A stretch of DNA of 40,496 bases from a virus (IMGVR_UViG_3300017700_000576:1-40496); one strand, 5' to 3'; counted from the stretch's first letter, positions 1 to 9,559 are shown. Translations and numbers: made by a program. The notes: generated by a model not told the origin, from the sequence alone.

Positions 1-2
1 CC

Positions 3-260
3 AGACACGCGGGATTTAACCGCGAAGGGCGCGCGATGAACGCGGTCCTTGTGAAGAAATACAAGCCGTGGTTCCGCGAAGATCAGGACCGGAAGCTTGC
101 GGAATCGCGGGAGCAGGAAAAGGCTCTCAAGCGCGGGAAGGCGAGACAGCAACTAGCTGAGCAGGGCGAGGACGCCGGCCGCTTCTACGCGAAGGAAGGC
201 AACTCGATCACGGTCGGGGATGCGAGGCGCGTGCCCGCTGACCCCGGCTACACCCCCTAA
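3..260 (+). CDS. Phage head-module hypothetical protein, 5'-truncated by the window edge
   Basis: Frame of ORF 36..260 is open back to position 3 (RHAGFNREGRAMNAVLVKKYKPWFREDQ...); lies directly upstream of the cement and capsid genes. Confidence 0.7.
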   Translation, partial: RHAGFNREGRAMNAVLVKKYKPWFREDQDRKLAESREQEKALKRGKARQQLAEQGEDAGRFYAKEGNSITVGDARRVPADPGYTP

Positions 261-278
261 TTTTCAAGGTTCATTCAA

Positions 279-860
279 ATGGCAAACGCGAATATGGCGT
301 TCGGGCTTCGCCCCGTTCGCTATCGGAGCGGTGCGCCGTACAACGGCGCCTGCAACCCCTACGCTGTGGCGAGCGACTATGCGACCGCTCTCGCCATCGG
401 TGACCCGGTCGTCAAGGCCGGTTCCTCCATTGGCCCCCTCGCCACTGTCGCCCGTGCGACGGCTGGCGCAACCAACCAGATCACGGGCGTGATCGTCGGT
501 ATCGTCCCGACCCCGTCAGTCGCCGCCAACGGCTATCTGCTCGCCTCGACCGGCGGGACGGTTCTCGTGGCTGATGACCCGGGCCTGCTGTTCGCTGTTC
601 AGGAAGACAGCGATTCCAACGCCGTCGAGGACACGGAAGTCGGCCTGAACGCCAACCTCGCGAGCGGGACGCTCAACAGCTACACCAAGAAGTCCGGCTT
701 TGTGCTGGATTCCACTTCGGCTGGCGCTGACGCGACCTACCAACTCACGATCCAGGGCGCTGAAAGCCGTGCGGACAACACGTTCCCCGGCAACTACGCC
801 ACTCTGTTGGTGTCCATCAATCTCCACACCGAGCGCCTTGGCGCCGTTGCTGGCCTCTAA
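279..860 (+). CDS. Capsid cement/decoration protein
   Basis: 193 aa, N-terminus MANANMAFGLRPV, beta-rich, immediately upstream of the major capsid gene; function inferred from synteny and family resemblance. Confidence 0.7.
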   Translation: MANANMAFGLRPVRYRSGAPYNGACNPYAVASDYATALAIGDPVVKAGSSIGPLATVARATAGATNQITGVIVGIVPTPSVAANGYLLASTGGTVLVADDPGLLFAVQEDSDSNAVEDTEVGLNANLASGTLNSYTKKSGFVLDSTSAGADATYQLTIQGAESRADNTFPGNYATLLVSINLHTERLGAVAGL

Positions 861-874
861 GGGAGGGCTGAACC

Positions 875-1783
875 ATGGCAGTTATTACCCGCAGCCTTCA
901 CAACTCGGACCTTTGGCCCGGTATCAAGGCGCACTTCGGCAAGACCTACAAGGAAATGCCGACGCAGTACGTCCGCTACTTCACGGACATGACCTCCGAC
1001 AAGGCTTACGAGGAAATGGTCGAATCGACCACCTTCGGCCTGCCGGCGATCAAGAACGAGGGTCAGGCGATCCAGTACGACACCGATGGAGAGGGCTACA
1101 AAACCCGCTTCACGAACGTCGTGTACGGGCTCGGCTACATGGTCACTCGCGAGGAAGTCGAGGACAACCAGTACGAGAGCAAGTCCAAGCGCCGCTCGCG
1201 TTCGCTGGCCTACTCGATGAAGCAGAACAAGGAGCTGATCCACGCGGCGCACTTCAACAATGCGTTTTCGTCCAGCTACGTCGGCGGCGACGGTGTCGCC
1301 CTGTGCTCCACGTCCCACCCGACGCTTGCCGGTCTCAAGGCCAACAAGCCCGCCGTGGACGCTGACCTGTCGGAAGCCTCGCTTGAGGACGAGACGATCA
1401 ACATCCGCCTGATGACCAATTCGCGCGGCCTGAAGCACTACTTCCGGCCGAAGGAACTGGTTGTCCCTCCGCAGCTTCTCTACGTGGCGGAACGGCTGAT
1501 GAAGTCGGAGAAACAGTCCGGCACGGCGAACAACGACATCAACGCGATCCGCTCGTCTGGCGCGATCTCGAACGGCTATTCGGTCTACGACTACCTGACC
1601 GACCCGGATGCGTGGTTCCTGCTCATCGACGTTCCCGAGGGTCTCGTCACGTTCCAGCGCCGCGCGATGGAGCTGGACCAGGACAGCGACTTCGACACCG
1701 AGAACGCCAAGGCCAAGGCGACGGAGCGTTTCGTCTCCGGCTGGGCCGAATGGCGTTGTGTCTGGGGCTCGCAGGGCAACTAG
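875..1783 (+). CDS. Major capsid protein (HK97 fold, Mu gpT-like family)
   Basis: 302 aa; motifs LWPGIKAHFG, GGDGVALCSTSHP, DLSEASLE, LVVPPQL, YLTDPDAWFL, DFDTENAKAKATER; strong RBS GGGAGG; strongly biased codons; followed by a terminator. Confidence 0.9.
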   Translation: MAVITRSLHNSDLWPGIKAHFGKTYKEMPTQYVRYFTDMTSDKAYEEMVESTTFGLPAIKNEGQAIQYDTDGEGYKTRFTNVVYGLGYMVTREEVEDNQYESKSKRRSRSLAYSMKQNKELIHAAHFNNAFSSSYVGGDGVALCSTSHPTLAGLKANKPAVDADLSEASLEDETINIRLMTNSRGLKHYFRPKELVVPPQLLYVAERLMKSEKQSGTANNDINAIRSSGAISNGYSVYDYLTDPDAWFLLIDVPEGLVTFQRRAMELDQDSDFDTENAKAKATERFVSGWAEWRCVWGSQGN

Positions 1784-1818
1784 GCCCGCGACCTCTTCCT
1801 TCCATCCATCATGCACGG

Positions 1819-1842
1819 GGCGCCCTTCGGGGCGCCTTTTTT
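1819..1842 (+). terminator. Rho-independent terminator after the major capsid gene
   Basis: GGCGCCC-TTCG-GGGCGCC stem-loop followed by TTTTTT. Confidence 0.9.
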
Positions 1843-1855
1843 CTGGAGCCCTGTC

Positions 1856-2620
1856 ATGTCTACTCCCGTTCGCTATCCGAGCGGCGTGTCCACGCGCGTC
1901 GCCAATCACCTGTTTGGGAACTTCCCGAGGCCTGACCCTACTCAGGTCTGGCAGTTCTTCGATGACTTCAATGGCTTCGTCGTTGCGGCTTCTGGCGTCA
2001 CCGGCTGGCACCTTGACGAGACGAACACCGGTACCGGCCCGACGATGCTGGACGAGTTCGGCGGTGTCGTGCAGTTCGAGGCCGACAACGCGCAAGGCGA
2101 CGGCTTCCACTACCAGCTTGGCAACAACACGACCGTCTATGAGCCGGTGAAGCTGATCGGCGGGCGCCGCGCGTGGTTTTCGACGTGCTTCTCCATCGAG
2201 GACGTGGACCAGAACCTGTTCTTCATCGGCTGCCACATCGCGGCGGATGATCCGCTCGGAACGGAGCCAACCGATCAGTTTGGCGTCCGCTCGAAGCCTT
2301 CGGCGCTGGGGACCATGCAGTTCTGCGCCGGCAAGACGGCAAGCACGGAAGTCACGGCCGATCTCGGCACGATGGTCGATTCAACCCGGTACGCCGTCTA
2401 TGCCTACTACGACGGCAAGAGTACGGTGTTCGTGCAGGTCTACTCCATCGCGGCGGATGTCTACACGCTGTTCGCGACCAAGCAACTGACGGTGACGACG
2501 ACCACGGCGGGCGACCTTCTGCCGGACACCGAGATGACCATCGCCTTTGCGATGGAGGCCAACGACACCGGGACCGACAAGTTCCAGATCGACTGGATCC
2601 ACATCGCTCGGGAGCGCTGA
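1856..2620 (+). CDS. Virion structural protein (possible minor capsid, beta-sandwich)
   Basis: Start moved from 1811 to ATG 1856 (MSTPVRYPSG) behind GGAG at 1845-1848, because the longer start spans the terminator; beta-strand-rich, 254 aa. Confidence 0.7.
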   Translation: MSTPVRYPSGVSTRVANHLFGNFPRPDPTQVWQFFDDFNGFVVAASGVTGWHLDETNTGTGPTMLDEFGGVVQFEADNAQGDGFHYQLGNNTTVYEPVKLIGGRRAWFSTCFSIEDVDQNLFFIGCHIAADDPLGTEPTDQFGVRSKPSALGTMQFCAGKTASTEVTADLGTMVDSTRYAVYAYYDGKSTVFVQVYSIAADVYTLFATKQLTVTTTTAGDLLPDTEMTIAFAMEANDTGTDKFQIDWIHIARER

Positions 2621-2623
2621 CCC

Positions 2624-3244
2624 ATGCGCCCCAAGCGTAAGACCTACACGCCAGCTGCGGTCGATACGGATGGCATCGTTGCAGCGGCGACTGGGGCGAC
2701 AACGCCCCTGACGCAAGCGCGCACGTCCGCAGGCGACGGCCTCGCTCACCAGCTCAACATCACCAGCGCCGCCAACCTGTCCGGCATCACGTTCACCATT
2801 ACGGGGACGGATGCGGACGGTGTGACGCAGACCGAGGCCATCGCCGGGCCGAACGCGACGACCATCGAGACGACCAACTACTTTCTGACCGTCTCGTCCG
2901 TTGCGATCAGCGCCACGCTGGGCGCGAACACGGTCGATATTGGCTGGGTTGACGAGTTCGTCACCCCGTCGCTGCGGCTGGACACCTACCGCAACTATGT
3001 GGGCGCCGAGGTCATCGTGACGGGTACGATTGACTACACGGTTCAGGCGACGCTCTCGGACATGCGTATCCGCAGCGAGGGCGCGTTCCAGTGGTCGGAC
3101 TGTGTGGACGCGGAAATCGACCTGATCGCCATCACGGCGGGCGTGCAATGGGCGTTTGAGCCCATCCCGCAGGCCATGCGGCTGAAGGCGAACAGCTACA
3201 GCTCGGGCGCTGTGCTGAACCTCTATGCGGTCCACGCGGGATGA
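2624..3244 (+). CDS. Virion structural protein, unknown function
   Basis: 206 aa, Thr/Ala-rich beta-type composition, tightly packed in the head operon. Confidence 0.7.
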   Translation: MRPKRKTYTPAAVDTDGIVAAATGATTPLTQARTSAGDGLAHQLNITSAANLSGITFTITGTDADGVTQTEAIAGPNATTIETTNYFLTVSSVAISATLGANTVDIGWVDEFVTPSLRLDTYRNYVGAEVIVTGTIDYTVQATLSDMRIRSEGAFQWSDCVDAEIDLIAITAGVQWAFEPIPQAMRLKANSYSSGAVLNLYAVHAG

Positions 3245-3390
3245 TCCGCTCGCGCATCCGCCCGCGCATCTTGGCTGGCATAGGGCAGGGCGAAGACTCC
3301 CCCCGCGCGCCAGAGGGCTACGGCCTTCTGGTGCTGAACGGGAAGTACCTGACGCTGAACGGCAAGTACCTAATCCTGCAAACGGCGTGA
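3241..3390 (+). CDS. Small 49-aa protein with tandem LNGKYL motifs (not in ORF track)
   Basis: ATGA overlap with the upstream stop; MIRSRIRPRILAGIGQGEDSPRAPEGYGLLVLNGKYLTLNGKYLILQTA; ends 3 nt before the next ATG and fills the gap exactly. Confidence 0.75.
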   Translation: MIRSRIRPRILAGIGQGEDSPRAPEGYGLLVLNGKYLTLNGKYLILQTA

Positions 3391-3393
3391 TCC

Positions 3394-3930
3394 ATGGCGA
3401 ACATTGATATCGAGGCGCCCGGTTCTGACGAGGCGGACCTTCGGGTCGCCTTGCAGGCCGTGCTGGGCAACTGGCGCGTTCTGGGCGCTTCGGCTGTCGC
3501 GGTTCCGCTGACGGGAGACACCACAGAGACGGCGCTGGCAACGGTGGTCATCCCTGCCGGAGCCATGGGAGCCAACGGCGCGCTCCGGGTAACGACGCAT
3601 TCGAGCCACACCAACAACGCCAACAGCAAGGTGCTGCGTTACAAGCTGGGATCTGCTGGCATCGCCGGGACGGCCATGGCGGTCATAACGGTCACAACGA
3701 CCGCCTCTCAAGTTCAGCAACGCATCATTCAGAACCGCAATTCGGCGTCGTCCCAGGTGACTGCGCCACTGTCCGCCACCAGCCCCTATGGGATCAGCAC
3801 AAGCGCCTTGGCGACTGCCGCAGTGGATACATCCGCCGAGCAAAATCTTGTCATTACAGGCGATCTGGCTGACGCCGCCGACACGTTCACGCTCGAATCC
3901 TACCTTGTCGAAGTGCTGTATCGGGCCTGA
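3394..3930 (+). CDS. Short fibre/spike protein; paralog of the N- and C-termini of 3936..6440
   Basis: 178 aa; MANIDIEAPGSDEA head plus a beta domain that aligns by eye with the C-terminal domain of the next gene. Confidence 0.7.
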   Translation: MANIDIEAPGSDEADLRVALQAVLGNWRVLGASAVAVPLTGDTTETALATVVIPAGAMGANGALRVTTHSSHTNNANSKVLRYKLGSAGIAGTAMAVITVTTTASQVQQRIIQNRNSASSQVTAPLSATSPYGISTSALATAAVDTSAEQNLVITGDLADAADTFTLESYLVEVLYRA

Positions 3931-3935
3931 CGATC

Positions 3936-6440
3936 ATGGCGAACATCGACCTTGCAAATCCCGGAGCGGACGAGGCGGCTCTTTCCGGCGCTATCAGTCT
4001 CCTTCTGATCGACAGCCGCGGCGCAACGCTTACCGACTTCGGCGGCGGCGAAGACGTGGCGGACAATGCAGCGGCCCTTCTTGCCATGATTGCGGCAGGC
4101 GGCGGCAGCATCCCCGCTGGAGACTATGACCTCGGGCCGATCTCTGTTTCGGCTGCGAACTGGAAAGTCCAGTGTGATCCTGGCGCTGTGTTTACCCGCA
4201 TTGGCGCGTCCGGCGCGTCGTGGATCATCTTCGGCTCGGGCTGTTCCAACTGCTCATGGGACGGCGGCAAGTTCGACGGGCAAAAGAGCGTTTATACGGC
4301 GCTTGATACGTCGCTACGGATCGGTTCGGGAACAGGCCGGGGATCAAACGTCGGAATCATTACGCCGGCCATGGTGACGGGCGGCCCGTCTGACTTCACG
4401 CTGAAAAACATCGAGATCGTCAACGCGCCCGGCGCTTCATTGCTCTCGACCGGAACGACGCGGCTCACACTCAAGAACATCATCAGCCGCGATTCCTGCG
4501 GCACGCTTGGCGTCGCATGGGATGCTGGCGGCGCCGACATCGACAACGTCAAGATTTACGACACGAACAACGGCGGTCGCGCGCTGTTCCAGCATGCCAT
4601 GGATGTTCAGGGCCTGTTCGATGGCCGCGTCCGCAACGTCGATCTTTATCGGCAAGTGGGCGACACGTCCGGCCTGTCCAACTTCTCCAGCGGCTTCACC
4701 GCGATCCAGAACCGCGACACGATCTTCGAGAACATCACCGACCACGGCCACGCGACAACGGACATTTTCACGCTTGGCATTTCCTGCGTCGGCGGCGACG
4801 GCAACATCTACATCAACTGCTGGAGCTACAAGAACCGCCAGAACATGGAAGTCGTCGGGGAGAGCGACTTCACGATATTTGGCGGCGGCGCAGACGGCCA
4901 ATACTGGACGACCACGGCGGTTCCGAGCGCCGACTCCATTCAGGGACTGATCATTCACGCCGGCTCCATCTATGCGGGCGGCGCCGGAACAGGGACGCAG
5001 GGCGGGCGCAACGGGACCATCATCGGCTATACGGCGACCCGCTGCGGTACGTCCTACAGGGTCCGCTCTGGCGGCCACGTCTTCTCTGCCTGCCGGTCGG
5101 TTGGCCCCACCGTTGACGGGGTGAGACTGGAGCGCATCTCCAGCATCGACGGGTTTGAGAACGAGGTTGCGCCTGAGCTGACAAACATCAGCTTCCTTGC
5201 CGGGGTTATCGAGACCTCTGGCCGGGCCGGGCTCATGATGGATGAGGGATCGTCCATCAACACGGCCGGAACGGTGTTCCGCAACAACGGGCAGGATTCG
5301 GCCACCTACACGACCGTTCAGCGCGCTGGCTTCGCGGTGCAGGGCTCGCAGACAAAGGCGGGTCTCTACCTGTCCGGGGCGTCCTATGTCGATGACCAGT
5401 CATGGACGGAAACGGCGGCGATCTCTTATGAGCCGGGCACGACAGACGCCAGCAACCGCTACACGTTCTCGATTGCCCGCCCGGTCAACGTCCGCGAAGG
5501 CCAGCGGGTAACGCTCAAGAACGTGGTTTCCGGCCCCGCCGACGCAACCGGCAAGGTCATCGATATCGAGCTGGATGAACTGACGCTGGAATTCACCAGC
5601 GCCAAGACGTTCATCGACGTGGCGACGGCCGGAACGGGAACCGTCAGCTCCTCGGGGACTACGCTCACGGGTTCTGGCACGTCCTTCACAACCGAGTTTG
5701 TGGGGCGCTCCTGGATCAAGGCGGATGGCGAGTACCGCAAGATTCTGACGGTGACATCGGATACGGTCGCGACCCTTTCCAGCGCCTTCACCAGCCCCCT
5801 GTCGGGCGACACATTCCAGATCATCGGGGCCGACATTGCTGGCGTTCCATCCCAGCAATACGGGATTGTCACCGACGCCTACTCAACCGGCGTCGAAACG
5901 GCTGGCGCGACGTTCTCGGGCAACGTCTTGGGCCGGGTCTACAACGGCGCGGAAGTCCTGACCTCTGCTGCATGGGAGATTGTCGCCCATTCCGGCGCGG
6001 CCCTGACCGTGTCCGCTGTCACGACAGAAGAAGAACTGGCCCGCGTCACGCTCTCGCCGGACATTCTGGGCCTGAACGGCGTTCTGCGCATTGAAACGGT
6101 CTGGGCCTACACGAACAGCGGCAACAACAAGATTCCGCGTGTGAAGTTCGGCGCGGCCGGCGTGGCGCTTGGGTCTGCAACGTCCGTCTTCGATCCGACC
6201 CTGACCACGACCGCCACCGTCAGCGCCGTCACGGAAATCTGGAACGCCAACAGCAAGACTTCGCAGACGTTCCGCAACAGCGCGACCGGCACAATCTACG
6301 GCTCGATGACGCAGGCCGTGGAGACATCCACCATCGACACCGCCGCACAGATGGACGTGATTTTCTCCGGAGAGAAGGCCAGCTCTGGCGAGACCCTTCA
6401 GCTTCGCCGCTACACGATTTCCGTCCTGAAGGTGGACTGA
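3936..6440 (+). CDS. Spike/fibre protein with right-handed beta-helix (pectate-lyase-like) domain
   Basis: 834 aa; LTDFGGGEDVADNAAALLA..IPAGDY beta-helix cap, Asn/Gly/Ile ladders, GTGTVSSSGTTLTGSGTSFT fibre motif. Confidence 0.8.
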   Translation: MANIDLANPGADEAALSGAISLLLIDSRGATLTDFGGGEDVADNAAALLAMIAAGGGSIPAGDYDLGPISVSAANWKVQCDPGAVFTRIGASGASWIIFGSGCSNCSWDGGKFDGQKSVYTALDTSLRIGSGTGRGSNVGIITPAMVTGGPSDFTLKNIEIVNAPGASLLSTGTTRLTLKNIISRDSCGTLGVAWDAGGADIDNVKIYDTNNGGRALFQHAMDVQGLFDGRVRNVDLYRQVGDTSGLSNFSSGFTAIQNRDTIFENITDHGHATTDIFTLGISCVGGDGNIYINCWSYKNRQNMEVVGESDFTIFGGGADGQYWTTTAVPSADSIQGLIIHAGSIYAGGAGTGTQGGRNGTIIGYTATRCGTSYRVRSGGHVFSACRSVGPTVDGVRLERISSIDGFENEVAPELTNISFLAGVIETSGRAGLMMDEGSSINTAGTVFRNNGQDSATYTTVQRAGFAVQGSQTKAGLYLSGASYVDDQSWTETAAISYEPGTTDASNRYTFSIARPVNVREGQRVTLKNVVSGPADATGKVIDIELDELTLEFTSAKTFIDVATAGTGTVSSSGTTLTGSGTSFTTEFVGRSWIKADGEYRKILTVTSDTVATLSSAFTSPLSGDTFQIIGADIAGVPSQQYGIVTDAYSTGVETAGATFSGNVLGRVYNGAEVLTSAAWEIVAHSGAALTVSAVTTEEELARVTLSPDILGLNGVLRIETVWAYTNSGNNKIPRVKFGAAGVALGSATSVFDPTLTTTATVSAVTEIWNANSKTSQTFRNSATGTIYGSMTQAVETSTIDTAAQMDVIFSGEKASSGETLQLRRYTISVLKVD

Positions 6441-6802
6441 TGAACTTTCGCGGCGCTTACCTCTCCGGCCAGCCTTATGGCATCTGTGACCGCTGCGGCT
6501 TTCGCAAGCGTCTAGGCGATCTGCGCACCGAGTGGTCAAACTCCAAGGTCTGCGACGACTGTTACGACCCGGAGCCGGTCCACCTCCACACGCCGGTCAT
6601 TGACCCGGGCGAAGGCAGGCCGATCCCTGGCGCACGTCCGGAAATCGTCAACACGGTTCCCGACGCCGATCTCGACTTCGGCTACCGGGACGGCGTGACG
6701 AACATTTACCCGCAATTCGGACTGAACAACCAGACGCTTCTGCTCGATGACGACGGCACGCCGTTGATCGATGAGGACGGCGTCCCGCTGGTGGATGAGT
6801 AG
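6440..6802 (+). CDS. Conserved virion-module protein with CxxC...CxxC motif and acidic C-terminal repeats
   Basis: GICDRCGF...VCDDCYDP; C-terminus LLLDDDGTPLIDEDGVPLVDE; TGATG coupling. Confidence 0.75.
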   Translation: MNFRGAYLSGQPYGICDRCGFRKRLGDLRTEWSNSKVCDDCYDPEPVHLHTPVIDPGEGRPIPGARPEIVNTVPDADLDFGYRDGVTNIYPQFGLNNQTLLLDDDGTPLIDEDGVPLVDE

Positions 6803-8572
6803 ATGGTCGCGCCGTCCCGCCTTCTGAGTGAATCGACATCGCTCGCAAACCTTGTGCGGGTTCAGGCGACCGGCGGCGAGACCCGCGCGCTTGGCGCGTG
6901 GTTTGCGCAGCTTGAAGACGCGCCGATTGCGGTGGCGGACTATACCGCGCTGAAAGCCTTGACGGCAGGCCGCTACCTGTCGGCGCTGGTGATGGACGAC
7001 AACCGGGGCGGCGTCTTCGACTGGCTGAGCGGATCGCAGACGGCCCTTGTGTCCAGTGACCCATATGAAGGGCTGTACGTGCCCCCCGCCAGTGACACGA
7101 CCGGCGCGTCGGGCGTCTGGGTGCGGCAGACCACGGCGGACTATGGATACGCGAACTGGTGGGGCGCTGTAGGCGACTGGAACAACGGGGCGCAGACCGG
7201 GACGGACAACGCGCCTTTCATCAACGCGTGCTGGGACTTCTTCGACTCGTGCCGCATCCGCAAGGGCAGCTACGCCGTCGGCTCCGTCCTGACGCTCGAC
7301 GTGATCGGCTCCGAGCTGCTTGGCGAAGGGCAGGATGACACCAGCCTGTTCTTCACGTCCACGACCGGCCATTGTGTGCAGGTGCTGCAACGCTACTGCG
7401 AGGTGCGCGGCATCTCGATCCTCGCCTCAACGGCGCGCACGGCGTCGGCCTACGCGGCCACCAAGTGCGGCCTTGTGATCGGCGGCGACGGAGCGGGGAG
7501 CCTGATCGCAAACCACGTCGAGGACGTAACGGTCTTCTACCAGCCCGGCGACGGGATCGTCTGTCAGGGCGGCGTCAACAACACGATTTTCCGGCATGTC
7601 GTCGCGGCCTACAACAACGGTCATGGCTGGTTCGTGGACAACGGCACGCGGGCCGGCATCACGACCGGCCAGCCTGGAATTGATGTTCTGGAGAACTGCC
7701 AGGCGACGGAGAACGGCGGCTGCGGCCTGTGGCTCATGCCCACGTCATCCGTCAACTGCTATCGGTGGCTGCTGCGCCAGTTCGAATGCTATGACAACGG
7801 CTGGAACGATCCGCTTTATGCGACGGGCGGCGCGCTGACCTCCGGCATCACGGGCGGCGCACAGATCTACGTTGGCGGCGAATCCCACGAGCTGATTGAC
7901 TGCGCATTCGGTGACGAGCGCTACGCCTCAACCACAACCATCGTGGGCACGACCCGGCTCGCCAAGTCGGCCGCATCCGGCTCGATCAACTTCGCCCTGG
8001 GCAAGAACTTCGCGGCGGTGAACACGCGCCACATCGCGACCGCCTACATGATGACGACCGGCAACAACCTTGAGGGCATCTACACGCGCGGGGCTTACGC
8101 CAGCAACGCCATGACGACCGCTTACGTCATCGGCTCGGGCTGTACGGGCGTCGATCTCGACCTGTCCGATGTCACCAACGTGACCAACCCGGTGGACAGC
8201 CTGTCGCCGGGCATCATCACGGTTGGCGGCGTGCGTGGCCTTCTGGCATCGCATGGCATCGCGGCCTACTTCCGGCAGGACACCGCACAGACCACGACAA
8301 TTACGAGCGGCGCCATCTCGGCCACGGCGGACCTTGTCGTCCTGACCGGAGAGGGCGGCGTTGCGGACGACCTCACGGACATCGTGAACGCGGGTGGCGG
8401 CAATTACCTCCCGGCGGGCGCCAAGGTCTCGCTGTTGAACCTCAACGCCTACGATATCACCGTGAAGAACGCGACCGGCAACATCTACACCAAGACGGCG
8501 GCTGACGTGGCGCTCGGCACGAACGAGGGCATCACCTTCCGTCAGTACGGCAACAATCTCTACGAGGTCTGA
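6803..8572 (+). CDS. Tailspike-like beta-helix protein, putative depolymerase
   Basis: 589 aa; GASGVWVRQ and WWGAVGD..TDNAPFINA (pectate_lyase_3-type start), NNGHGW/ENGGCG rungs, C-terminal beta domain. Confidence 0.8.
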   Translation: MVAPSRLLSESTSLANLVRVQATGGETRALGAWFAQLEDAPIAVADYTALKALTAGRYLSALVMDDNRGGVFDWLSGSQTALVSSDPYEGLYVPPASDTTGASGVWVRQTTADYGYANWWGAVGDWNNGAQTGTDNAPFINACWDFFDSCRIRKGSYAVGSVLTLDVIGSELLGEGQDDTSLFFTSTTGHCVQVLQRYCEVRGISILASTARTASAYAATKCGLVIGGDGAGSLIANHVEDVTVFYQPGDGIVCQGGVNNTIFRHVVAAYNNGHGWFVDNGTRAGITTGQPGIDVLENCQATENGGCGLWLMPTSSVNCYRWLLRQFECYDNGWNDPLYATGGALTSGITGGAQIYVGGESHELIDCAFGDERYASTTTIVGTTRLAKSAASGSINFALGKNFAAVNTRHIATAYMMTTGNNLEGIYTRGAYASNAMTTAYVIGSGCTGVDLDLSDVTNVTNPVDSLSPGIITVGGVRGLLASHGIAAYFRQDTAQTTTITSGAISATADLVVLTGEGGVADDLTDIVNAGGGNYLPAGAKVSLLNLNAYDITVKNATGNIYTKTAADVALGTNEGITFRQYGNNLYEV

Positions 8573-8575
8573 GCC

Positions 8576-8701
8576 ATGCTTATGCCCCGGCCCCCGACGC
8601 CGCAGCGCCGCGCGAACGAGAGCGAGCGCGACTATCAGGATCGCCGCCGCGCCGAACTGGAAGCCCTGCCGGTTCCGCCCCCGCCGGAGGACGATGAATG
8701 A
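8576..8701 (+). CDS. Small 41-aa Pro/Arg/acidic protein (not in ORF track)
   Basis: MLMPRPPTPQRRANESERDYQDRRRAELEALPVPPPPEDDE; starts 3 nt after the upstream stop and has an ATGA overlap with the next gene. Confidence 0.6.
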   Translation: MLMPRPPTPQRRANESERDYQDRRRAELEALPVPPPPEDDE

Positions 8702-9366
8702 CGATCACATGGACAAAGACGGCGGGCGAGCTTGTCGATTCCGCGCTGAAGCGCGTCCAGATGCTGGGACAGGGCCAGACCGCGACCGCGCACCAGTGGA
8801 GCATCGCAAAGGACCACCTCAACGGCCTCCTGAAGCTGCTCCAGACGCAGGGGCCGAACGAGTGGCGGCGCATGCTGCAGACGGTTGCGCTTGTGGCCGG
8901 TACGGCATCCTACACGCTGAGCCCAAGGCCGGACAGGGTCAAGCAGGTCTACCACCGCAACAGCGCCGGGCAGGACTTCTTGCTCAACGCGTGGAACTAT
9001 GACGATTACGAGCGGCTGCCGAACAAGACCAGCACGGGCCGCCCCACGGTCTTCACGCTGGACCGCCAGCGCACGGCGACGACCATTTACCTCTGGCCGG
9101 TTCCCGACACAACGGCTGCGGCGGGCTCGCTGCGGGTCTCCTATGAGCGCGTCATGGAAGACGTGAGCGACCCTGGCGACGTGGTGGACGTGCCGCAGGA
9201 GTGGCTGGACACGATTATCGACCTCATCGGCGCTCGGACTGGAAAGAGCTTCCAGCTCGCGACCATCGCCGTGATGGAAGCTGGCGAACGCGGATCGGCC
9301 AGCCTCTCCGAAGTTCTCGGCTACGACCGGGAGCCCTCGATCCGCTTTGTCATGGGAAGCTACTGA
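8698..9366 (+). CDS. Head-tail adaptor protein (P22 gp4 / T7 gp11 equivalent)
   Basis: 222 aa; N-terminal helices, LVAGTASYTL, LPNKTSTGRP..F, IYLWPVPD, DVPQEW motifs typical of podovirus adaptors. Confidence 0.75.
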   Translation: MTITWTKTAGELVDSALKRVQMLGQGQTATAHQWSIAKDHLNGLLKLLQTQGPNEWRRMLQTVALVAGTASYTLSPRPDRVKQVYHRNSAGQDFLLNAWNYDDYERLPNKTSTGRPTVFTLDRQRTATTIYLWPVPDTTAAAGSLRVSYERVMEDVSDPGDVVDVPQEWLDTIIDLIGARTGKSFQLATIAVMEAGERGSASLSEVLGYDREPSIRFVMGSY

Positions 9367-9530
9367 TGTCGAAAGCCAAGAAGAAGCCGTCTGAAGACGA
9401 GTTCCTGCGCGCCGTCCGCAAGGGTCTTCGCACCAAGCTGGGCGTCTCGGCCCCGGCCAAGAAGGCCCCGGCTGTGCGTGACGAGCCCGAAGAGAAGACC
9501 ACGCCGAAGCGTTTTAACTACGCGACCTGA
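9366..9530 (+). CDS. Small basic protein, 54 aa
   Basis: TGATG coupling; MSKAKKKPSEDEFLRAVRKGLRTKLG... Confidence 0.65.
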   Translation: MSKAKKKPSEDEFLRAVRKGLRTKLGVSAPAKKAPAVRDEPEEKTTPKRFNYAT

Positions 9531-9559
9531 GCCAGATTCCTCGCACGAAAGCCGCGTAA

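Noticed and set aside
1811-1855. Longer start for the 1856..2620 gene
   Set aside because: The extension spans the terminator hairpin; the RBS supports ATG 1856
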